DNA from: Candidatus Scalindua sp.
Lineage (GTDB): Bacteria > Planctomycetota > Brocadiia > Brocadiales > Scalinduaceae
DNA: 32,000 nucleotides
Assembly: GCA_031316235.1 (NCBI GenBank)
Contig: JALDRA010000001.1
Span: 720,001-752,000 of the forward strand
Direction of reading: 5' to 3'
Positions 26,065 through 32,000 of this stretch are shown piece after piece. Below the pieces are notes generated by a model, which had not been told where the DNA came from, did not search any database, and saw only the letters and a list, made by a program, of their open reading frames with translations. A program made the position numbers and the translations under genes. Each line of letters opens with the position of its first letter. The stretch's first letter is position 1.

Positions 26065-28074
26065 TCAGAATCGCCATGAAATACTTCCGAAAACACTGCG
26101 TTCTACTTCCGTTGCGCTTACACCAATGGCTCTCGGATTCTCCGGATGTTTATCATCAAGTAAGTTTTTCCCTCCGATACTTAAATCCATTGACTTTGTT
26201 GGCCTCCACCCAAGCCGCACATCGAGTCTTACATAACTGGGAATATCAAGAGATGCAACATGATCAACATAATATAAAAACGAGTCAAATTCCAGGTTGT
26301 ACGGCAGATCTAAATACGAGAGAAACTGAACCTGGTTTCGGGGACTCAGACCCTCTCCAAATTTGACTGCACCCGTATCTGTGCTCGTTTTATCCAGATC
26401 TAATTGTGTACGAATCAGGGTATACCCGGCGGTCAATCTCCAATAATCCGTTACCGTCCAGTTCGCTGAGACCTCCAGGCCATAGACTTCGCCATCCATC
26501 TTATTGTCGTGAACTGAAGGTATGATAATTTTGAAGGGCGGCGGGCTGAATCTGAAAACGGGATCTCCCGTCTCAGAGGTAAGAAGATCATTGTAGGCGC
26601 TGTAGTAGGATGCAATATCAACAAAAAAGTGTTTACTTGGTTGAAACCGGTAACCAAGTTCGTAAGCATGAACATTTTCAGAAACAAAATCATTGCTGCC
26701 TGAAACTTCAATACGAACTGGCGAAAAGGGGATATCGACATTTTGCACCGAATCACGGTCAAAACGCGATGGTGTTCTTACCGCACGTGAAACGGCACCC
26801 CAGAGTGTGTGATTTTCAAAAGGTCTCCAGAGCAGTCTCGCACTGGGCTGGATTTCGAATTCTGTAAAATCATTGTACATAAGTTTTGTGCCCAAAGTCA
26901 GCTGAAGCTTATCCGGTATAAGTGTGATCTCATTCTGCACAAAAGCACTGTAGGTACTCAGACCTTCTCTGCTTGGATCATACATGAGAGTGGTAAATCC
27001 CTTAATATCATCAGTTGTTAACTGGTATCCGATTCCCCAGACAATTTCCTGTCTGCTGCCTGAGCAAAATTTATGCTGAAAGTCAATATCGAAGGTATGC
27101 CGCGTTTCCCTCTGTGCATCAGTTTTGCGATAGGTTCGATCGAAATACATCTTGAGTTTCATATCGGACGTATCCGAAAATATGTGCTGCCAGAGACCCA
27201 GTATATTTCCTCCAGACACATCTTCACCCCGGCGTTCAAATGAGCGAGACAGCTCATTGATATCTCCATTATACATATCACCTTGAAGCGTCAGCGAGTT
27301 TGCATCAGAAACATCCCAATCGGTGCGAAAGCCTCCGTGCAGAATATCCCATTTATCATTGCTCTCAACACTATCATCGGCATTTACAACATCTCCAGAA
27401 TCATCGTGGTTGAAATACCTTGCATAGCAACGATAATATGCATCTTTGCCTAAATTTCCACCATAACGGATCCCGCTGACATTCCGCTCTTTCGTTCCAA
27501 TCCACTGTTTTATCAAACCGCCGCGTGTGTCTTTGGAATTTTTCGTAATAATGTTTATTATTCCGTTCACTGCATTTGCCCCCCATAGTGTTCCCCCGGG
27601 ACCACGTATAACCTCAATACGTTCAAGATCTTCCAGCAGATAATTCTGAATATCCCAATATACTCCTGAAAACAGGGGAGTATAAACACTTCTTCCGTCA
27701 ATAAGAACCAGAAGCTTAGAAGAAAATCTTCCATTGAAGCCTCGCGAAGTTATCGCCCACTTGCTGGCATCTATGCGTGACACCTCCAGACCGGGTACCA
27801 TTCTCAGCAGCTCAGGTATAGTCGTGGCTCCGGAACGTCTTATCCCCTCCTGTGTAATAACAAATGTGGCTGCTGCTGAATCAGAAAGTTTTACAGGTTT
27901 TCTTGAAAGTGTTGTAACTTCTGAAAGAAATGACTCTGCCTGAAGCCACCTGATCTCTTCCTGGATAGCAGGCAGTGTGATTCCTGAACCAACTGAGGTT
28001 TCTTCTGAAAAGAGGCAAGAAACATTGAACAGGACTGCAGCAAATGCGGCAAAACCTCCATGTATGCTTCTCAT
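26065..28074 (-). CDS. TonB-dependent outer-membrane receptor
   Basis: GGGGAGG RBS before the ATG at 28074 (MRSIHGG.. signal peptide). Plug-domain motifs (IPELLRMVPGLEV, LVLIDGRSVY, IEVIRGPGGTLWGANAVNGIINIITK). C-terminal ..GSISWRF. Confidence 0.9.
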   Translation of the reverse strand: MRSIHGGFAAFAAVLFNVSCLFSEETSVGSGITLPAIQEEIRWLQAESFLSEVTTLSRKPVKLSDSAAATFVITQEGIRRSGATTIPELLRMVPGLEVSRIDASKWAITSRGFNGRFSSKLLVLIDGRSVYTPLFSGVYWDIQNYLLEDLERIEVIRGPGGTLWGANAVNGIINIITKNSKDTRGGLIKQWIGTKERNVSGIRYGGNLGKDAYYRCYARYFNHDDSGDVVNADDSVESNDKWDILHGGFRTDWDVSDANSLTLQGDMYNGDINELSRSFERRGEDVSGGNILGLWQHIFSDTSDMKLKMYFDRTYRKTDAQRETRHTFDIDFQHKFCSGSRQEIVWGIGYQLTTDDIKGFTTLMYDPSREGLSTYSAFVQNEITLIPDKLQLTLGTKLMYNDFTEFEIQPSARLLWRPFENHTLWGAVSRAVRTPSRFDRDSVQNVDIPFSPVRIEVSGSNDFVSENVHAYELGYRFQPSKHFFVDIASYYSAYNDLLTSETGDPVFRFSPPPFKIIIPSVHDNKMDGEVYGLEVSANWTVTDYWRLTAGYTLIRTQLDLDKTSTDTGAVKFGEGLSPRNQVQFLSYLDLPYNLEFDSFLYYVDHVASLDIPSYVRLDVRLGWRPTKSMDLSIGGKNLLDDKHPENPRAIGVSATEVERSVFGSISWRF

Positions 28075-28124
28075 GACTATGGCCTCCCCTTCAGTGCATA
28101 GTTCCAATTACTTCAACCTGATAC

Positions 28125-28176
28125 TATACTCATCTTAAAGTGGTTTTCAGACAAAATCTGAGAAAAAATGAGCGGG
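28125..28176 (+). repeat. family A repeat, 3'-truncated diverged copy
   Basis: TATACTCATCTTAAAGTGGTTTTCAGACAAAATCTGAGAAAAAATGAGCGGGTACACCAG. It lies 50 nt upstream of the TonB-receptor start and 21 nt from the P-II stop. Confidence 0.6.
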
Positions 28177-28197
28177 TACACCAGCAACCATACTGCA

Positions 28198-28536
28198 TTA
28201 AATTGCGACCTCACCCTGTTCACCCGTACGTATACGGTATGCGTTCATAACATCGTAAACAAATATCTTCCCATCTCCGATACTCCCGGTTTGCGATACA
28301 CGGGTAATGGTCTGTACCACCTTATCCACGTCATGATCAGCAACGATAATTTCAATCTTTAACTTTGGCAGTAATTCTACCATGTACTTCTTTCCTCTAA
28401 ATATCTCACTTACACCTTTCTGATGACCGTGTCCCTTTATCTCTGTAACTGAAATACAATCGAGTCCCTGCTCCTCAAGGGCATCTTTGGTCATATTCAG
28501 TTTCTCGGGCCGAATGAATGCTTCTACTTTTTTCAT
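28198..28536 (-). CDS. P-II (GlnB/GlnK family) signal-transduction protein, 112 aa
   Basis: GGAGGGGGG RBS before the ATG at 28536. MKKVEAFIRPEKL..., T-loop-like GHGHQKGVSEIFRGKKY and GDGKIFVYDV..AYRIRTGE. The upstream 25 codons of the track ORF overlap a repeat. Confidence 0.9.
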   Translation of the reverse strand: MKKVEAFIRPEKLNMTKDALEEQGLDCISVTEIKGHGHQKGVSEIFRGKKYMVELLPKLKIEIIVADHDVDKVVQTITRVSQTGSIGDGKIFVYDVMNAYRIRTGEQGEVAI

Positions 28537-28581
28537 ACCGTATTTCCCCCCTCCATTAAAACTATCAGAAAATTGTTTTAT

Positions 28582-28720
28582 TATACTCAACTCATACTGG
28601 ATTTCGGACAAAATCCGAGATAAAATTGAGCGAGTAAGGTCCCCGGCACTTTTTGTCCGGGGATACCTTCACCAGGATTTGGTTTCCGGTAAAGCCGAAA
28701 ACCAATTCGGTTTTAGTATA
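28582..28720 (+). repeat. family A repeat, copy 8 (long form, 139 bp)
   Basis: Full alignment. The left terminus is 45 nt upstream of the P-II start. Confidence 0.9.
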
Positions 28721-28819
28721 TATTGTATGGCCACCTGTCGCCTTATCTGGTCAGCCGACAGCACTGCGGTCAGCTGCAGGATGATAGGATTCTCCGCTGC
28801 AACAGCCAGCTGGTCTGCC

Positions 28820-30286
28820 TCATGCCTCTCCAGTCAGATCGTCAAGCGAAATGCCCAGAACATCAGCCATACCCTTTCCATAAGCAGGATCGGCTTTCAT
28901 GCAGTTGCCGATATGACGGATCTTAATCTCCAGGGGAGCGTCTCCCATGGCACTGGCGGTATTGGCAAAGAGCGCTTGCTGCTGTTCCGGACTCATCAGC
29001 CGGAAAAGTAATCCTGGCTGGGTGTAGTAATCATCGTCATCACGATGATTCCAATGATCGGCAGCCCCGTCCAGACTCAGAGCCGGTTCTGAAAACTCAG
29101 GCTGCTGCTGCCACTCACCGCAGCTGTTAGGCTCATACCCGGGCGTTCTGCCATAATTGCCGTCGATCCGCATGGCTCCATCGCGGTGGTAACTGTGGAA
29201 GGGGCAGCGCGATGCGTTCACCGGAATCAAGTGGTGGTTTACACCAAGCCGGTAACGCTGTGCGTCTCCGTACGAGAACAGACGTCCCTGTAACATCTTA
29301 TCCGGTGAAAAACCAATACCAGGTACAATGTTGGCCGGATTGAAGGCTGACTGTTCAACTTCAGCAAAATAGTTTTCTGGGTTGCGGTTCAGTTCCATAA
29401 TACCGACGTCAATCAACGGGCAGTCCCTGTGGAGCCAGACCTTTGTAAGGTCGAACGGATTGTAAGGGAGGTTGACAGCATCCTTTTCCGCCATTATCTG
29501 GATGGAAAGCCTCCACTTTGGAAATTCTCCCCCCTCAATGCTCTCGAAAAGGTCACGCTGGTGGCTTTCCCGGCACTTGCCTATGATGGCCTCAGCCTCA
29601 GCATCTGTGAGGTTCTTGATGCCCTGCTGACTTCTCCAATGAAACTTGACCCAGTGCCGTACATTCTGGGAGTTGATAAGGCTGAAGGTGTGGCTGCCAA
29701 AACCGTGCATGTGGCGATAGGAGGAAGGAATGCCGCGGTCGCTCATGGTTATGGTGATCTGGTGCAGCGCCTCCGGCAGTGATGTCCAGAAGTCCCAGTT
29801 ATTGCGGGCACTTCGAAGGTTTGTGCGTGGATCACGCTTCACCGCGTGATTAAGGTCGGGGAACTTGAGAGGATCTCGCAGGAAAAAGACGGGCGTGTTA
29901 TTACCCACCAGGTCCCAGTTACCCTCTTCAGTGTAAAATTTGATGGCAAAGCCACGGATATCGCGCTCCGCGTCTGCTGCTCCACGTTCACCTGCCACCG
30001 TTGAAAAACGGGTGAAAAGTTCAGTCTTCTTTCCAATCTCAGAGAAAATCTTTGCCCTGGTGTAGCGGGTAATGTCGTGAGTAACAGTGAATGTTCCATA
30101 GGCCCCGGATCCCTTGGCATGCATACGCCTCTCGGGAATGACTTCTCGATCAAAGTGGGCAAGTTTCTCAAGGAACCATGCATCTTGCAGCAGCTGAGGA
30201 CCGCGAGGTCCCGCAGTTATTACATTTTGATTGTCAGGTACGGGAGCACCGGCATTGGTTGTCAGCTTCTTTTTTTGGTCTTTCAT
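28820..30286 (-). CDS. katA: monofunctional heme catalase (small-subunit type, 488 aa)
   Basis: AAAGGAG RBS before the ATG at 30286 ([16 protein letters not shown]). Motifs [32 protein letters not shown] and [14 protein letters not shown]. Confidence 0.95.
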   Translation of the reverse strand: MKDQKKKLTTNAGAPVPDNQNVITAGPRGPQLLQDAWFLEKLAHFDREVIPERRMHAKGSGAYGTFTVTHDITRYTRAKIFSEIGKKTELFTRFSTVAGERGAADAERDIRGFAIKFYTEEGNWDLVGNNTPVFFLRDPLKFPDLNHAVKRDPRTNLRSARNNWDFWTSLPEALHQITITMSDRGIPSSYRHMHGFGSHTFSLINSQNVRHWVKFHWRSQQGIKNLTDAEAEAIIGKCRESHQRDLFESIEGGEFPKWRLSIQIMAEKDAVNLPYNPFDLTKVWLHRDCPLIDVGIMELNRNPENYFAEVEQSAFNPANIVPGIGFSPDKMLQGRLFSYGDAQRYRLGVNHHLIPVNASRCPFHSYHRDGAMRIDGNYGRTPGYEPNSCGEWQQQPEFSEPALSLDGAADHWNHRDDDDYYTQPGLLFRLMSPEQQQALFANTASAMGDAPLEIKIRHIGNCMKADPAYGKGMADVLGISLDDLTGEA

Positions 30287-30389
30287 GGTTACTTCTCCTT
30301 TCATGTTTGATTGTGTGCGGCTGACATTAAGGACACTGCGGCAGGGAAAACAGGCTGCTTCTCTCTTTTTCAAAATATCGCGAGATGTT

Positions 30390-30528
30390 TATAGTCATCC
30401 CATAATGGTTTTCGGATAAAATCCGAGATAAAATTGAGCGAGTAAAGTCCCCGGCGCTTTTTGTCCGGGGGTACCTTCACCAGGATTTGGTTTCCGGTAA
30501 AACCGAAAATCAAATCGGTTTTAGTATA
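30390..30528 (+). repeat. family A repeat, copy 9 (long form, 139 bp)
   Basis: Full alignment. It lies 103 nt upstream of the catalase start. Confidence 0.9.
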
Positions 30529-31017
30529 ACCTCCAATACCTCGTATTATACAAAATCAAAAGTAGTCATCAATGATAATCGCAACATCAGAAAAAATATT
30601 TTGCCTCAATGCATTTCTTTAAACATAACAACCTCTCGATCCAATCTTACCTTTCTTCGGTCAACCTGCCGCTTGCATGGCATTCATACCAGAGTGAAAA
30701 CCTGACAGGCATCACAGAATCGCCAACACAGTCCTTCCGGGCAGTGGAACATATTCCGGGGCTGCCCGTCCTGCCACACTGCCGTTGTCTGAAGCCTGCC
30801 CTCTCGAAACATGTTTCAATCAGTTTCGGGATTATCACCGATATTCAGCCTGTGAAGCGTTGTGGGTAGAAAAGGGAAAGATTATGATAATGAAACGTAT
30901 CAGATCTGCCATTGGCTTCAACAGAATAAAATGATTTGCAATATGTTTCCCATTATTGTAAACAAGATATATTGAACTGAACGCCAGGAATCAATCAAAT
31001 CAGAAAGGGGCGAGAAA

Positions 31018-31182
31018 ATGAAATGTCCGGAGTGCGACAGAGAATATCGATCCGATGAGGTAATGTGTGATTGCGGATATATATTTGAGGAGGAAGATCG
31101 TATTGCATCCGATCAGGAAAGAGGCGTAAATGATGAGGAAGACAATAGTGGAGATTCAAACTGCCCGCAGCATGAAAACTGA
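31018..31182 (+). CDS. small zinc-ribbon-like protein (54 aa)
   Basis: Not in the ORF track because it is under 60 aa. AAAGGGG RBS. MKCPECDREYRSDEVMCDCGYIF has CxxC plus CxC. Acidic tail. Confidence 0.45.
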   Translation: MKCPECDREYRSDEVMCDCGYIFEEEDRIASDQERGVNDEEDNSGDSNCPQHEN

Positions 31183-31498
31183 AAGGATCTCTCCAGGTTT
31201 TTCGGGCAGGAATCAGCGCAGGCCGGCAGCCTGTATGCCTGCCCAGACGTAACTTTCAGGGTGGAAGCTCATTCGGCCTCGATGTACCGTCTGGATAATG
31301 ACTCCTCCTCCGTCTTTGACGCAGCAGCTTAATTAGTGTTTGAACGAAAACTGCCCATCTACGGTGTTGCCGTAATAATTAAAGGTTTCTCTCAATTTAC
31401 CGACAATTTACCAACAGGTTTTTTTCCTGACCTTAAAAAACGGTTGAAATTTCAGCCCTTTCTGTTTTAATGAATTGCATGGAGGAAACGGAGGTCTT

Positions 31499-32000
31499 AT
31501 GCGAAAGATAGTAGTAACGGGAGGATTGGGTTATATCGGTTCGCACACAGTTGTCGAGTTAGTAAATAACGGCTATGTGCCCATTATTGTAGACAATCTT
31601 TCAAACTCATACTCCGATGTCCTTTCCTGGCTTGAAAAAATTGTAGACCACAGACCTTTGTTTTATCAGATTGATTGTACTGAAAAAGAGGCATTTCGTA
31701 CTGTTTTTCAGGACCACGACACCATAGAGGGTGTTATTCATTTTGCGGCCTTTAAGGCTGTTGGTGAATCGATAGAGAGACCGATCCAGTATTATCAAAA
31801 TAACCTGGGCTCGTTACTTTCATTATTAGATTTAATGAGCGAACAGGGAGTGAACAACCTCGTATTCTCTTCATCATGTACGGTATATGGTATTCCTGGA
31901 GGTACGATACAGGTAGACGAAAATACGCCCCTGCAGAAACCAAATTCTCCATACGGCCAGACCAAGATCATTTCGGAACAGATAATATCTGATGCCGCTT
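31499..32000 (+). CDS. galE: UDP-glucose 4-epimerase, N-terminal part (runs off the window)
   Basis: GGAGG RBS. MRKIVVTGGLGYIGSHTVVEL (GxxGxxG), IHFAAFKAVGES and SPYGQTK (YxxxK). Open to the window end. Confidence 0.9.
   Translation, partial: MRKIVVTGGLGYIGSHTVVELVNNGYVPIIVDNLSNSYSDVLSWLEKIVDHRPLFYQIDCTEKEAFRTVFQDHDTIEGVIHFAAFKAVGESIERPIQYYQNNLGSLLSLLDLMSEQGVNNLVFSSSCTVYGIPGGTIQVDENTPLQKPNSPYGQTKIISEQIISDAA

Noticed and set aside
789-30528. Family A repeats as a CRISPR array
   Set aside because: Copies are separated by kilobases of ordinary genes, occur in both orientations and are 112-169 bp long with internal modules. No cas genes and no regular repeat-spacer periodicity are present.
25980-30528. 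Family A copies as integron attC sites (a CALIN-like cassette array: repeat, single gene, repeat, single gene)
   Set aside because: I cannot find the RYYYAAC / GTTRRRY core sites at the ends. Orientation relative to the bracketed genes is opposite for catalase/P-II/TonB and the same for hsp20/HD-GYP. No intI is in the window. The bracketing is kept only as a recombination-substrate observation.
30571-30580. Fur/PerR box (AATGATAATC) upstream of the catalase
   Set aside because: Only the central 10 of 19 positions match and the flanks do not. The site is about 285 nt from the start codon, with a 139-bp repeat in between.
30731-30745. SRP (4.5S) RNA on the minus strand, because of CCCGGAAGGAC (a GGAA tetraloop closed by CC/GG)
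   Set aside because: The flanking sequence lacks the conserved AGCA/GGCA symmetric-loop nucleotides and an extended helix-8 pairing. A 9-mer match is near chance expectation for 64 kb of two-strand sequence.

Overview
About 40% G+C bacterial chromosomal window, probably from an environmental lineage that I cannot name from sequence alone. I support about 20 intact genes. These include a catalase, an orphan P-II protein, a TonB-dependent receptor, Hsp20, an HD-GYP phosphodiesterase, a PhoX/DUF839-like secreted protein, an outer-membrane barrel plus DUF3347 metal-protein pair, a large beta-helix surface protein and a partial GalE. Several gene remnants are also present. I found no rRNA, tRNA, CRISPR array or recognisable defence operon. 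The most unusual content is non-genic. A modular 112/139/169-bp hairpin repeat (here called family A) sits in almost every intergenic spacer, at 14 loci: 9 near-full copies, 2 degraded copies and 3 palindromic half-element derivatives. Copies often lie within tens of nt of start or stop codons. Two smaller repeat families are also present: a 167-bp MITE with 18-bp TIRs and a 9-bp TSD, and a GC-rich REP-like palindrome. An IS701-family IS, whose transposase carries an N-terminal DUF4338 (DruA-like) domain, splits a kexin-like S8 protease gene. I reconstructed the in-frame pre-insertion junction by hand. A paralogous surface-protein gene carries an in-frame TGA followed by an intact final domain. 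That gene and the protease share a roughly 340-bp 3' coding region plus 3' flank. All functional calls come from motif recognition by eye, and no database search was possible.
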